A stretch of 64,000 nt of DNA from Phoronis australis (taxonomy: Eukaryota > Animalia > Phoronida): assembly GCA_002633005.1 (NCBI GenBank), contig NMRA01000031.1, forward strand, positions 781,185-845,184, in the 5' to 3' direction. The notes below the pieces were generated by a model. The model was given only the letters and a program-made list of their open reading frames with translations, was not told the DNA's origin and made no database searches. The position numbers and the translations under genes are program-made. This document shows, one piece after another, positions 22,961 through 37,643 of the stretch. Positions within the stretch are counted from its first letter, which is position 1. The number at the start of each line of letters is the position of its first letter.

Positions 22961-25900
22961 CTTAAGGCCTCACTTTGGCAACGCGTGCACTGGGCAAACT
23001 AATCGCCCACTTTTCTTATCTTTCAAAGTTCATAGCAAAGTGACTTTTTCTGATAAGTGATTGTTTTTTCTCATCTGTCATCAGTATTTAGCTGTATGAT
23101 TTTTTCGTTGCAAAACCGATCGCCCTGTACGAACTACTTGTGTATCGGATGCGTCTGAAGTCTCGTCTCATCACCTGCTTTTTACGGTTTTTTTTTGGTA
23201 AATGTGATGCGACGTACGCATAACAGTACATACAAAGTGTTGCAATGTGGACATGAACGGTTTTCCGGTAATTTCGTTATTTGTTTTGCTATACTTTTGA
23301 CGTTTAATCATGCATGTGTACTTAGACAAAGTGAAGATTTTAGTGACGTTCTATTTGTATACGTAGACTTTGTAGAGTCTTGGAATGCAATATTAAGATG
23401 ACAAAGCAAAGGTTACAAGACTATGTTTGCCCCTTTGTAGTACCTATGGGTGCAGTCTTTCAACGAGGTTTAAGCAGTTTCCGAAGTATTGGACCAGATT
23501 TTTACAGATAAAGTTCTGCACACTGAAAGTGGAGTGTAGGCCTAATCGCAACCATGAACAGTGAGTGTTGCCTCGAAACGATTCAGGAACGTTATATTCG
23601 TTTCTTTGTCCGTTTTGTTCATGATGTAGATCAGTGTAAAACATTTTACACCGAAAAACAGACATTTCTTTGCCTACTCTGATAAAAGTAGTACAATGTT
23701 GAACTGAAGAACATGTTGCGCTTTCGTAAAAGTCGCTGAATTCATAGGTGTGACACTTTGGAGACTTTCAAGCAGCAATGGAGATTGATCACGTGGGACC
23801 GGTGACTCTTATCGCCACCTGGCTGTACCATGAGAAACTTTTTTTGACTTCTTGAAAAGGACCTTTCATGTTGCATGTGATTAGAACTGCGTTTTAAGCG
23901 AAGACGAATTAGCCGCATTGTTCTCCAGGGGTCACCACTTGATGAGTCGCCACGTGGCTACTTGGAAGTCTCACACTGATTACTGAGTTCATATGGTTTT
24001 CCGTCGCAACTGTATTTTATCAAAATGTCTATGAGAAAAGTGCTTTAGCGTAAATAAATTAGTTCTGATAACTTGTTTTTACATCATGTGTCTTATTCCT
24101 TGGAGGCTTTCTACGTATATCGAAGTTCGAATGTATTTTGGGTCTCAGGAAATGTATTACAGATGTAAAGCGTTATTTCCTGTTCGTGTTTTGACGGAAG
24201 ATAAACAAGATGCGTTTGGTCTTTAATGAACATGTAGATCGTTAGACACCGCCTGATGCTATGTCGTGGAGATAAAATGTGTTCGTTTACGAAAGTAAAA
24301 TGCCATACGTTTAGTTCTGGAAACTTGGTATCTGCATTTCAAACTCTCATGTCGATATCTAACTTGCAGTTTATAAAATAATATTGATTATGTAACATGG
24401 GCGGCGGCGTAACTCTTGAGACCGGGTGACCCATCCATTGGTCAAGCAATGATGTTGCGATGTAATACTGGACGAATATGAGGGCTATGTTTACTTATAA
24501 TAAGCAACGTTCCTGAATGGTGTCAGAGGTCATTTGTATCCAGATTTACTGCGATCAAGAAGACTAAATGCTTCGATTCTATCAAGACATGCTTTTAACT
24601 AATGACTGCAAGCTCGAGTAGACTCGACAGTACCAGGGTTCTTAAATTTGGAGGTCTATAAGTCCGACAAATGCCGATATTTCGGTACGCAATTCCACAA
24701 GGTTCAACAAACCGAACGATCATCTGTACAACTAGTAAGGCTTCGCCGTCGACAGCGAAGAAACAGAAAAATATTGGTGAGCGACAATTAAGCTCAGCGC
24801 ATATTATCAACAATTGTTCGTCGCAATATTTGTTTCAGAAAGCCCAAGCGCATATGAATTTACAATTTTTTGTTCAAAATCATTGTGGGAGCCTTTTGTC
24901 CGACATTGTTGCCAAACGTGGACTTTCGGACCTACCGTGACCAGAGCTTCGGAATAGTGGACTTTCGAAATAGAGGACTGACCTAGTTCGTCAATTTGAT
25001 GTCAGAATGGTGATTATTTTGTTTAACAAATCCTGGACTGCATAATACTAATTAACCAAATCTAATTACGGTACAGTCCTCAAATTTTGGATTCTGCGAA
25101 GCCATTTGAAACCTGGCTGCCTATCGTGCCACAGCAATTGAGCAGGGTGGCAAGTGGTTGGCTGTAGGCTAGCCTCTCCAGTATATCTTCGACATGCTCA
25201 AACACCTGTCGTATAACGAAATGTCGTAACTACAGAAATTACATTTTTGTACTCGGCAGATTAAGTGTCAGCTTTCCGTCTTCCTATTCATTGTCGTCTT
25301 TCCAGTGATGTAAGTTGTTTTTCCACACACGGCACATGCTCGTCTAAAATGTTCATTCTCTCATTGTTTGATGGTTGTGCTCGTCGGCTAGTGACGCACA
25401 ATTGCACAACAAATGCGTCAGTAAAATCGTTTTAAACAAAGCTAAACGACTAGTGTTGTCTGAACAAGGTGCAACACAGTTTTAAATTATCGTTGAAAGA
25501 GATTTTTTTAATTTTCATATTTTGTGTTTTGATCTGCAAGAATGTGAGGGTGACCGAATTACTTTTCAGCTACAGCAGGCAAAACAAAGCCACCTTAGGC
25601 AAAAATGTGAAATTTGCATTGGTTACTGAAGGCCATCTATAATTAATTTAATGATTGAAATCATTTCGAAAACGGATTAATTTCGTAGTAGAATGTAGGC
25701 TTTATGTTAACTGTTTTAACTATATTTCCCGGTTTACAGATTTTTACGTCGGCGTAATTAGGTTTTTTGTGGATTTTGAGTGTTTTTAGTGTTTTGGCTT
25801 TTACATGAAATATTAAACATTTCATTTCTTATTTGTGGTTTATTTTGATATCTATAGGATGTCACCGACTTCGTTTCTGAGTTATATTAATTCAAGCAGC

Positions 25901-26933
25901 GTCGTATAAGATCATGCGACATGACATTCTCAAAGGCGTGCCAATTTCAATGTCACGATTATCCCGCTGCATTACATGAGGTGGTATCATGGCGTCGTTA
26001 TGAAATCGTTGTTATTGAACGTCAAAATAACAGAAACTCAACGTGAAAACAACAATTTTCAACTTAAATAATCTGTTATTTGAAATAAAAAAGCATATTT
26101 AAATGGAGACAAAAACACACTGCAAAATTACATACCACTAAAACATACAGTGCACATTATAGAGAACAAATAACTATTCACTTCATTACCCTGGGTACCA
26201 TAATTTAATTATACCCCGAGTATTTTCAGATGTCGAGAGTTTTTTGGTTATAGGGAAATTCAACTGGTCAAAGACATTTTTGAAAAATGTGGGGAGGTCC
26301 GGCTCCCTCCCCTTGTCCATAGCCAGTGTACAAGTGACAACTGAATTAGCAGATTAACTGGATAGGTGCTGTATGCTACAGCCCTCTAAAAAGAAATGAA
26401 ATTTCTGTAGTCACAAGTGATCAATAAGTAATACATAAAGTTTTATTTTAAAAAGGGTAGAAACTCAAAGTCACTGCTCGAAGATAACCTTCAACTCACC
26501 ATTAAGTTGCAAAACTATTGCGGCCATCACACAACTCGGTCGCCTTAGTTCAAATAATAGTACACATGGTTTAAAACTACAACAACAGATTGATGATTTC
26601 GAAAACTTGAAACTATTCCCTTCGGTGCATTCAATCTGGCTTTAAAACGTATAGGATGGAATGAACTTTAAAAAATCAGTGCAACTACATAGATTTTCAT
26701 GTTCAATGTTTTGCATTAATCACTAAAATATTATCCAGACAAGATACCATTGCACAGTCTTGATAATGCTTTTGCGATTATAGCGAAACGTTGAACATGA
26801 AAATCTACGCAGTTTAGCTGATTGTTAAATTCTTTCTAGGATTTTGCCAAAATCTGAGTTTTTGATGGTGCCATCTAGCGGAACATAGTACGCTTAGTTA
26901 TGGAATGTAAACGAGATGTAATAAAAAGAAAAG

Positions 26934-29900
26934 CTACCAGTAATAATTCAGTGCTTGTTTCAACGATATTACGAAAACTAGAAGCACCGATAGCGATACA
27001 GAATGACTTGGCCGTGTAGCTTCGGCGACATAAGCAAACCGTCCGCCCATCTTGTATTCAGGCACGTGACATCCGGTAGACTCCTTGGAGTAAACAGTGA
27101 ATAGTTCCGGCTTTCCAATGTCAACTGGTACGTCTGAAAGAATTTCGGTAGCTGTGTTGTTCACAAATACCATACGGTCGGCTCCGCAAGGTTTATCAGT
27201 GCCCCAGCACTCCCTGAACAGAGGTAATCTGTCACATGTGGGGTAATCTATCGTGAGTCACCTTCTTGGACTGATTATAGCATTGTCTCGGTACTTTGTT
27301 GGCAACCCGACAATAACCCTCACCATACTATTAATTAAAAGCATAGAATGTTTTCGACGTAAGACCATGTACTGTTCCTAGTCTGTGGCAGCCACAAATC
27401 CCTTAAGAATCATGACTGCTCGTTATAAACAGTGACGGGTCTACTGGGAAACTAATGAAGCTCAGCCCCCGAATACTGAATGCCCCCCCCCCCTTAACTG
27501 TTCTTGTTCACCAACCAAACCCGTACGTGATCGACCTTTAGAACCTGGAAATGTAGATCAGCCATTTTCTACAAATAATTAGAATCCTCACAATTGGTGG
27601 GTTGGAAAAAAGATGCGGCCATGTTGGCTAAAGTTTTCAGGAAACTGATTTCAACCCTATTTTTCACTACTCATTGTCGATTGACATTAGAGGCGGAAAA
27701 CGAGGCTCAGTTGTGGGACTTTAATGTTCCGAAATAAAGATTTTACATTTTCGTATCTTTCATGTTTTCGGGTTATTAATAGTAAAACAACGTCTTCGTT
27801 GGGAAATGGCAACTGTGTCACGTGACCTTAATATCCGGTCCTTCTACGTCGCTTCTAGTGTGTCTGTCGGTACAGATACTCTAGGGACCGTTGATCCTGT
27901 CTGGCCTTTAACTCAGTGAGGCCGACGAAGATGCGTCTGTATTTTTGTGCAAGAAACCGAAAGTATATTTATTTCTTTCGGGGAAGCAAAAAGGCTATCC
28001 ACTGTAAAGCAAAGTACAGTTGGTTGACAACGGGGCCGTCGGGGATTAGCGAGTTTCGAGCGGGTGACTCGATATTCACTAGGTGGTCTTAATGAAGAAG
28101 GGGGCCTCTTTATATTGTATGGATAGATTGACAACAGAAATCTGTTCACCAACGACACGAAGCGTTTGCAGGATAGGATTCCGCGTGACTCACACACGGC
28201 GAATTCATCAACATGGTGTCGGCCTTTCCCAGTATAACGCAAGATACTCGCGAGTGAAAGTCGTTGAGGTCACGTGCTTCGCTCGTAATGTATGGTCCGG
28301 TAGTATCTCGCGAAACTGGCGTGTTCTTGCCAAACTTGCAAGAAATTAGCCTTACGTAAAGAAGTCCAGGTAGAACCATTGTTTCACTGGTTCCACCAAA
28401 TGAACTTCGAGTTTCCTCATTGTACGGCTATTTTGAAATTCTATCCCCATGAACATTTCGTGAATAGTTCACAGGGCCAGGTTTAAAGGGGGGCAAACAT
28501 GCAGTTGCTCTAGGCAGCACCTCCAAGAGAGGGGCCCGACTGAAAGGGAGTTCTTTTTAGAATACGAAAGGCATGTCATTAAACAACTAGAAAAGAATGA
28601 CTGTTAAATCTCTCGTCGAGTAACCCTCCAAGAGGTGTTCCTCCTCAACGTTAGACGTTGTACGATTTCACATGAACATGAAAAGAGAGTCGAATGATTC
28701 CATCGTTCCGCGTGTGAGAAAGGGTGATAAATAAAAAATAACAGAAAGGGGTGGATCAACAGGTCCCCTCCTAGAAGTGGGGCTCATAAGGGTGAAATGA
28801 TATATGATTTCAACGACAGAAAATGAGCAGTAATGGGGGCTACCATCAGTCCACCTCTCCGTCAGGTTAGCAATGTACATCAAGTGAAATGCAAAAATGT
28901 AAAAAGAGAGTGACAGGAAACATCACTACCCCTTTTCACAGAGGGATCCGGATAAATAAAGTTTAGCGTTTCCAACAAATGCCATACTAAATTTAAAAAT
29001 TTAGTTAGTAGTATTCTGTGTGCAACAATTTTTCTCGTATTTTTGAAGTAAGGGTACGTTTACAAGGACGTTTAGACGTCTTGAACTGCAAAATACTGGG
29101 ACCCCTACCTAATAAACAATTTCTTTCAGCCTGAGGGTCAAGCACTGGTAGTTGAAAAATCCGCTGTTAAATTCATTCACTGTTCTATGTTTCGCTGTGC
29201 TTTTATTTTTATTTTATTTTTTTTTGACAGCCCCTCTACGCAGGTCGTCACAGTTTCATCATGACGCCAGAAAATTACTGGAGCCACTCGTTACAAAGGA
29301 AGTACGTACTGGTTTTATTACTCTCGGCGTCCCCTCCTCTTAAGCCCTTAATTTCCGATAAATGGACGCAATATTTACCTCACTGACGGATTTAAGGGGG
29401 GGTCAAGAAGCCCCCCCCACCTCTAAAATTCTCCCACATGTCTGATGGGTAAAATTCTGGCTAATACTCTGCCCTGCCCCCNATCCTGCATCTGCTCATG
29501 TACCTGTATGCATTCAGGTGTCAATCTAATAATTTCCTACAAATATAGGATGAAACTGGAAATGAATTTGTCGATATTTGAAAGTGAGATTTCCACGAAT
29601 AATCGATCTCTTGCCTACTCGAAATTCTCGGAAGAAACTCACCCCGTTTGTCAAGAGGATGTATTTTCCCCGTACTGTTGACAATAGCCTCTAACCCAAA
29701 GCCTGCGCCATGGTCAGTGAGCTCCAACGTCACCTGGAACATGAGATCGTTGACCTGATGACAACTCTTTCGAAGTTTTGACATCTTTGCGAAGCGAAGA
29801 TGCATTTACGAAATTTTCCAATGAATGGGTGCAGTCATTGTCACGCGCAGGAAATGTAACTCTGGCTAAAATAGTCGATAACTTTGTATACAACACTAGC

Positions 29901-32900
29901 AGATATTTCAAATATCATGGCTTCTTTATTTACACGTATCAAGTTTCCTTTGCAAGTAAATGTGTTTCTCGGTGTAAATATTACAAATGCAGCCTGTCAA
30001 TACCTAAGTATTATTACAACCTGTTACCGCATTGCCATCATATTGGTTTTTGTGGGATACTATCATGATCTGTTGGCAATGTTCTCCTTTTGTGGGCTCC
30101 ATGTATTAATATACGTCTCGGAAGGAACTAAAGAGTTAAAAAGTGCGGCGTCACTCTCTGTCACATGTGTGCAAAATTTGCTGTGCTGTGGGGTCCGATT
30201 TTGACAAAATAACATCATTCCACCATACACTTCAACCAAAATATCTTCTGCTCGGCAATCAAATTTCCAGAAACTATATGTTTGCCACAGGTGACACATT
30301 GGAAAAGGTCTACCATCAGGAACAAAATGGCTCAGGAAGTCGGAATACTTACAGTTAGTTTATGTCCTTAATCTCCCTAATTTAGACAATGCTCGTTACC
30401 CGCGTGCAAAACCTGTTAGTTGGGCTGCGTTCGATAAAGAATTTTTGTTGCGAAAAAAACGAGATATGTTACTCGCAATTGATTAGCAAGGCAATTCATT
30501 CCTCACTTGAAAATCGTCACTCCCAATGAAAGATTCGAACTCAATTTCCGTGGGGTGCCATTTCAAGTCCGCTATTACACATATGTCACTTTGCTAAAGA
30601 ACCTACCTTATCACTCGACACGGTCATGTTGAAGGACGATCCGAGGTAGTCGATTCCAGAAAAGTGCAACCTCGTTACACCGGGGGGAAGCACCGGATTA
30701 AACTCAAGCCGCGCAACCCTTATTCTGAGTCCCCCGTACCCAAACAGTAGTGTCTGCAGGAATCCACCAGCCGCTGTTACGTAGTTCACAGCACCGTGGC
30801 CATCTCTGAACTCCGACCATATCTATGAAAACAGAACAGATTCTCATTCACTTTGGATGAAATGTTCTAAAATGACATGTTTATGTCTTGTTCACACACT
30901 ATCGATTTAACAAAAAGGAAATACAATCCACAGAGGTGAATGTAATATTTAATGTCAGCACCATCGTGCCTCGTTCACGACAAAATTCGCCAAAAGATTA
31001 CCTTAAATGGTTCCTGTACAGTTTCATAACTTTTTTCGAAAGCATTTTTCGCTCTGCCGAAGTCTCGTAGCTCCGCCCAACCAATGGTAAACATAGGCCA
31101 CGTCATTGCAGGGCCTTCTGGGTCGGTGGCCTTCTCGTAAATGTCGAGGTCGTTGCGTTTTACATCCGTGTACATGGGCCACATCAGGGGGTAACCCAGG
31201 AGGATGGTATCTGCTTGTTGGACCATTTTTGCACTAACTTAAGCGAAAATGAAAACAGATCACATCATTTATACGAGTGTACTTGTACATAATGTTGAAA
31301 TGTTCTCAATTTGATTGCACAAAGTCTTAAACAAAATTGAACATGCTACATCGACACGAATCATTCGTGTTTTATCTCGAAATTTTGGTCTAGACATAGG
31401 AAAGTGTGTATTAAAAGTTAAGTTACTTGAAATGGAGGGGTTACGAAATCAAAAGACATGCTAGAAATTCAGAGACTGCTTTGAGGAAAAGGAATGTCCT
31501 TCAGTTGCAAATGACATTTGTTAAACCATTTGTCTGTGTTCGCCAAACACACTAATTTCTGGTATATACCTGTTAAATTGTGGTAACCCTCAAATGCCGG
31601 ATGGTAACCTCGAATACGTACAAACTCCAAGTGGATCGACTTTGCCAACATGATCCAGTCATTTGGGACTTCCAGGAGCGGGTCACGATTACAGAGACAC
31701 GCTGCGTATCTTGAATAATGTATAGATATAGCGGCAATGGCGTTCGTGTACATTGAATTATTGACGTTAGGATGTAGCTCGTCCGGACCCATCACCCCTA
31801 CAATAAATGACAAGTAGAAGCTGTCCAAGGATTAGTTTTCAAATGAGAAGACAGGACATTTTTCAAAGCTACTATGAACCTGCGTTCCTTCGAAGAAATC
31901 AACGTTTGATTTTCACCATTGTCCGCAAATTGGTTTGAGCTTATTCCTTTCACAGATGAGAAGTGATTTTATATCTTTCATAAAACTGACACGTGACTTG
32001 AAATTTCATGAGCTTGGTTTTAATAAATATACGACATGTCGGTTTTTTTCTCTAGCTCCCGACTGGGATCACGTCTAAACTGAGTACGGATCATAATAGC
32101 AATGGTAAACGGCATAACTTGTTTTGCGTAGAAAGTACACTTTGAGCCATGGTGTGTAAACTACAGTGCAAAAGTAGCCCGGGATCTCTTACGGTCGAAC
32201 TGAGTATATTGGTAACATCCACTGTTAAGGAATGGAATGCCAACATTGTCACCAACCTTCCTTTTACCACGAGCGGTTGTTTCAGTATTTCTGACAGTGA
32301 GGATACAATCGCTTGTTCGATAATTCTATGATTAAACATTAAAAGCTTTCTTCGCTGTTACGCTCACCGTTAATGTCGTACTTCATCGTCACCTCGTTCC
32401 AAGTGGCCACGGAGACCCAGAACTGAGCCATGTCTCTGATCATCGTGCAAACTTGTTCCGATGAAAGATAGTCGTAATCCCGGGTGGCAGCCAGGTATTG
32501 ACGCAGAGCCAGAGACACAGCGCCTGTTGGCAGTCGATGACAGTGTGGTCATTCGTAGAAAGAACAATCGTGAACGAAATTCTTAACTTGAACTAGAAAT
32601 TGATTTCCGGTAAAAAAGAAGCTTTCTGGTCTTTGTAAAACTTCATTTATGGACTATAGATAGCATTTCCCTTTACACACCTAGGTCTGCAATTATTATT
32701 TTATTTTTAGTCCTTATCATATGAAAATTGATATCAGTCTTTCAGTACCGTTGTCCGACAAATGAATCTTATTTGTGTTCTTCGTACCTTCAGTTACTAG
32801 ACAATCTTAGTGTGATGCTGCTGCGAACGAGGCGGTTGGTGAATAGGGCGTGCACTCTGCCAGAGTTGAAATTGATGCTGTTGTCTTCTAGTTTGTTTCA

Positions 32901-35900
32901 TTTATCAAATACATTTTTCACGTTCCTGATTGACTGAATGATTAATACGTTAATTGAATTACCTGTGACATGTATTTGTTGCTCCGCATTGATCTTGTAT
33001 TTTTCCGGTGTCACCTCCATACCAGTGAATGCGGACTCCCATGGGAAGCGAACTCCCAGATAGCCATTGGTTCTAGCGTTCTGGTAAGCCGAGTCCATCT
33101 TGTTCACGCGGTAGTTGATCATGTGTTTGGCTATGATTGGTTGAAACATTAACACCACCGGCATAATGAACACTTCTTGGTCCCACATCACGTGACCTTA
33201 AATCGAGAAAGGCCAGTCAGCCATACCGACTTTACTTTTTCTTGCAATTGCTCGATACTGGGTTCAATTTTGTGAAAGTATGCGCGCACCCAGCCTTTAG
33301 TATGGGGGGCTCGAATTTCCGACGATGTGGATCTTTTACCAACAAAAAACGGGGTACCACGTCCAGGGCTGTGAATTGTGCGTTTGCGCCTTTTTAGTGG
33401 ACTTTTTGTTTCTCTGAGTCGGACCTTTTTGTGCGCTTCGCCAAATGGGGGGGCTCCTTCGATCCCCCCGAACTCCCCTGGGTGCTCGCATGGAAAGGGT
33501 AAGTATTACAGCTGAGACAATGTCGAAAATTGCCGTTTTGAGCTTTGAGTAATTGAGAGATCTGTGCTACTAAGCAAAATTACCACAAAGAAACGATCAC
33601 TTGCATTAACCCAAAACGAAAGTTTTGATCAATTATGTCCATTTTGATATGATGTGTCTTCCTTTTGTTTAAGTCCATTTTCATCCTGTAGATCCATTTT
33701 CGTGCAGCAAGGCGGTTTTGATCCACTTTATATTTTAACTCTAATTTATATTTCACAAACGCGGATTAGAATGGACATTAATCCTGTTTTCTATCGATAA
33801 TGCTGAAATAATCACAATAGGTCAAAATGACCATAATTGGTTAGGCATACTGAGCTCTGTTTCGATAACGGGACTAATACGAATGGCGATAAAAGTCTAC
33901 GGATGCACGTTAGTGCCATGTGGTCCATTATTTTCTCGGTACCACCTTCCATGGTGTCTCTAATTGGTTGGAGCCGTTTTCAACTAATACCTTGATAATC
34001 CTGATCCTTCGAGCCTCTAGAAAGACCACCAGGACTGATTCCATAAAATTCTCCATTCATCTTGGCCGTGTGAAGAGACGGTAAAGAAGAGAATATGTAA
34101 TACAAAGCGGAGTTGGTGATTTTAGACAGTCCCGGGTTATCCATTTCTATGTGTCCTGTCTTCCACATGTCTGCCCAAGCGTCCACGTGAAGGTTGTATA
34201 GGTGCTCTGAAATTGACACCAGTAGACTAATGGCTTATTCTTTAAAATCAAAGACGAAAGAAAAAGAGGATTTAGATATAAAGCAAACCTTTGTTCACTT
34301 TATCATTGATACGTCGAGCCGACAAGAAGATAATGGAAGACCACTTAAAGTTTATAAAAGTCTCGGTTGGCCTGTCTTGCTTTGTCCTTTTGACTTGAAC
34401 AGATACAAGACACTAGAAAAACGAAGATGAGCTTCAGAAACTTGGGGGCTAAGATTCGATCCAGAAAGGAATTCTTACCACTGGAAAAGAATCCTTACCA
34501 GTCTCAAAAAATTCATGCCATCACGAACCACTCACGAATACAATTTCCCTGCTTGGGTGGTAATTGTACTTGCGCCTGTGTGGTAAGATAGACTATTGTT
34601 GTAATTAAGGGTTGTGGTGGTTGTTCTGTGGTCCGTGAGAAGGGTTCGTTTGCCGCTTGGCGGGTACCAATGTTTTACAAACGTCTTGAAAACAGCGAAT
34701 GTGATATTCTGTTACCTTGGCGATGTCTAACAATGCCGCTGCACTCTTCAAAAGTCTCCCTTGCCAGCTGTTGGCTTTGGTCTATAGATGCTAGAAAATA
34801 GTACGTCCGAATGTCTTCATCCGGGTTCAAGAATATTTCGGTTGGAATTTTGGTGTAATATATGTGGATATCTTGAGTGCTGACGTCACCTGACTCGGCA
34901 ACCAACGTCCTTCCCGACTGGTACCTAATGAATAAGATAAAATCCTGCGTTGAATTTGACAACATTGACTTCCACAAATTATCGACTTTTAAGCTTTGTG
35001 TTGCTAGTTTGCCATTTTGCTTGTGAAACTAGTGTCTAATTCCTTTGCGTGGTCAACTGTGAACTTCCGTGGAACCCATTCAAATATAAAACCTGCTGGT
35101 GGCCGTTGTCAGCATGAAAAAGTGTCTGTTATTCTAAAAATGCCAGAATGCTCTATAGAATTATTGCAGGCCGCTCACTGAGTTCAAAACAGGGCCATCC
35201 TTTTGCATTGGCACGAAACCATGCAAAACGTTCGCAAAATAACCTGAACGATGATGTTCCGTGTTATCAGACCTTTTCTCATTTATCGTGTATCGTTGCT
35301 CATGCCAGCTCTATTTACCAGTTTCCCCCTCTGTAAGACATCCGACCGTCCATGTTTAAGTCTTCACTCTCTGGTCCGTGGAGCAGTTCCAGTTTTACCG
35401 GGTTGGACCCTATCGCATCCGGTGATCTTTTTAGTGTTATTTCAGTTACAAATAATCGAGTATAAAACCGGTGCGCGTAAGTTTTCTGTATCAACAAAGG
35501 GTTTACGTCTGGTATTCGTTCTTCAAACACACCAGTGTGAAAGTTCATGGTGTACCCTCGAGGCACATTTTTGGCAGAGGCACCAGTTGGTAGTACTGTG
35601 AAATTCATGCGCATGGCGACAACGGAAGGTATTCTTGCTCGATGACTTTCGGCTGAAAAAAGTAAATTTCAATTAAAATATGAAGGTGTCGATACGTTAG
35701 TTAAAATACAAGTAATCACGAGTATGGGATATCAAAACATAAGCCAAACACGCTCAAACAATAACAGTATACGGATAACTTGGTGGCGTCTACTTACGTC
35801 CTTTCCCTGTGTAAAGGCCGTTAATGTAAATCGTGTCGCTGTATACTTGACTTGCTAAGTGCCCATTGCCGACAGATGGCATCATTCGAGTGTCCAATGT

Positions 35901-37643
35901 GTAATCATCGTCGAGTGATGGAAGTCTATAAAGATTAAGAAAATTTTCACATAATTTTTAGCACCTATGCTAAAACACACAATTTGATATAGATAAAATT
36001 TTATAGTTCTTGTGCATTTCTCGGGCGCATAACTGTTTGCCTCACTTTTTTATACTAAAATGGTGTGGTATTTAATGTTTCTAGACCGGGTTTAGCGAAT
36101 AAGACGGTTACAATTTAAATTAAAACGAAAATCTGTATGTTGTACATTAAAACAAATCATGACCTTTTTATCCAAATACAAAAGAAAACTGAAAGTCACT
36201 TGTCTTTCCATTCTCAAACAAGAATCGCGTCTCCCCTGTGAAATCTGAAACATTTAACCAATCAAACGCCAGTGACACCAACTTGAATTCCACTCAGCGC
36301 ATGCGTACTTGTTCTTTCATTGCCTTTCAGTAGCCATCATTGTTGAGAGCTGACAACACAGCTCGTAATAAACGAGAGAAAAGATTCTACCAAGGTGATG
36401 ACTTGATCACAGATAGAAAGGCGGAATAGTTCGAGAGAGAAATTGCACGTGAAAACGAACAGCGAATTTGTGAAAGTTTTATTGGGTCTGTTAGTTCATC
36501 AATTACAAAGTTAACAATGAATTACGGATATTTGCACAAGGATCCCTATCAGTCGTCGAGGTCGTAATATTTCAGTTTCCGTCTCATTCTGGTCTATGGA
36601 ATACATGAGCCCTATTCAGAACTCATGCGTACAGTATTTGTTCATGTTTGTTGAATTCTGGGTAAGAGGATAACGTGGCAACTGTAATAATCCGCTGCAG
36701 TCGTACGACCGCCTACTTCACCAAATATTTATTTTGTTGGTCAAAAGTACCCGTGATTGTTGAAAAAATCAGAACTTTGAGAAAAGTCATAACATTAGCT
36801 CTAGTTTCATTCCAAAGCAATTCAAAACCATTCAAAATGTTTAAATAAACACAAGGATTTAGAAACTTTCCTGTGCTAAGACGATGTCTTGACTCCTCCA
36901 CTCTTGAAAATTATTTGTTTAAATTCAACTTGAAAACATGCATGCGTAATACAGCAGAATCTGTCTAGAAATTAATTTAGTGAATCATTCAGTCAAAACA
37001 GCAAAACACAGATTTTTAAAGTGGTAATTAACTTGCGCCTTTTGTGAAATCTCGTTTTTTTTTTCTTTTGGTCACTTACTGATGTAAAAGGGGTTCCATC
37101 TTGTTTCTAAGGTTAAATGGTTTCTGTGCCTGAGAAGAACTCATAGGTTGTTTTGATGCTCTGAAAATACTTCCGGCCAGGCCGATAAAATTGCTTGTAA
37201 CGGCGGGTTAGTATAAGTCCCTAAAGCAATGTTTGTGAAATTTCAAGCGAATTAACGCAATTCATTTCAATTTAAGCAAAGGACCAGGGTGCAATGACGT
37301 TGGTTTTTGAAAGGGAAACACGCTTGTGACGACATGGTTTACAGCGACTTTAACATATAATGGCGCGAATTCTCGTGAATTCTCCTACTGGATGTTTTCA
37401 CGCTTTTCGACGCATTAGGTGCAGCGGAATCGTGATACATTATCGAGTATATTTTTAGAAATCGATCAGTTATAAAGGTCTTTGATCACAACAATCTGTG
37501 TTCCATAGTGAATCAAGTTACGCATACCTGTCCGTGATGACTGTCCACGGGTCTGAACTTTTATCCTGGACTGCATTTCCGAAACCTTGAGAAAATGAGA
37601 CGCGCAGTGACGTCACTAGTATTGCCCATGTCAAAGTGTCCAT
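26934..37643 (-). CDS. PGGHG: GH65 protein-glucosylgalactosylhydroxylysine glucosidase-like (PGGHG/ATHL1 family), 12 coding exons, 787 aa
   Basis: Phase-consistent GT-AG exons (minus strand): 37643-37528, 35925-35798, 35652-35319, 34924-34716, 34206-33991, 33196-32963, 32523-32368, 31797-31570, 31237-31002, 30822-30607, 29733-29643, 27133-26934 (2364 nt). Motifs: SVGNGHLA, SHRARIPS, GISPGGL, YQGHVMWDQE, FPWESAFTG, GVMGPDE (catalytic acid), QQADTILLGYPL, GPAMTW, IWSE (catalytic base), GAVNYVTAAGGFLQ. The first and last exons are the least certain. The symbol denotes family, not proven orthology. Confidence 0.9.
29381..29500. mobile_element. CA..TG MITE with 5-bp TSD (GH65 last intron)
   Basis: cactgacggatttaaggggg ... 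ctgcatctgctcatg, with an exact tacct duplication at 29376-29380 and 29501-29505. Confidence 0.65.
33279..33492. mobile_element. MITE with 5-bp TSD (GH65 intron), copy 1
   Basis: TIRs tatgcgcgcacccag / ctgggtgctcgcatg, exact gaaag duplication. Inverted homologue at 59627-59868. Confidence 0.8.

Noticed and set aside
27134-27213. Upstream acceptor at 27213 or ATG at 27173 as the start of the GH65 last exon
   Set aside because: The 27213 acceptor needs phase 2, but the preceding exon ends in phase 1. The acceptor at 27133 fits.
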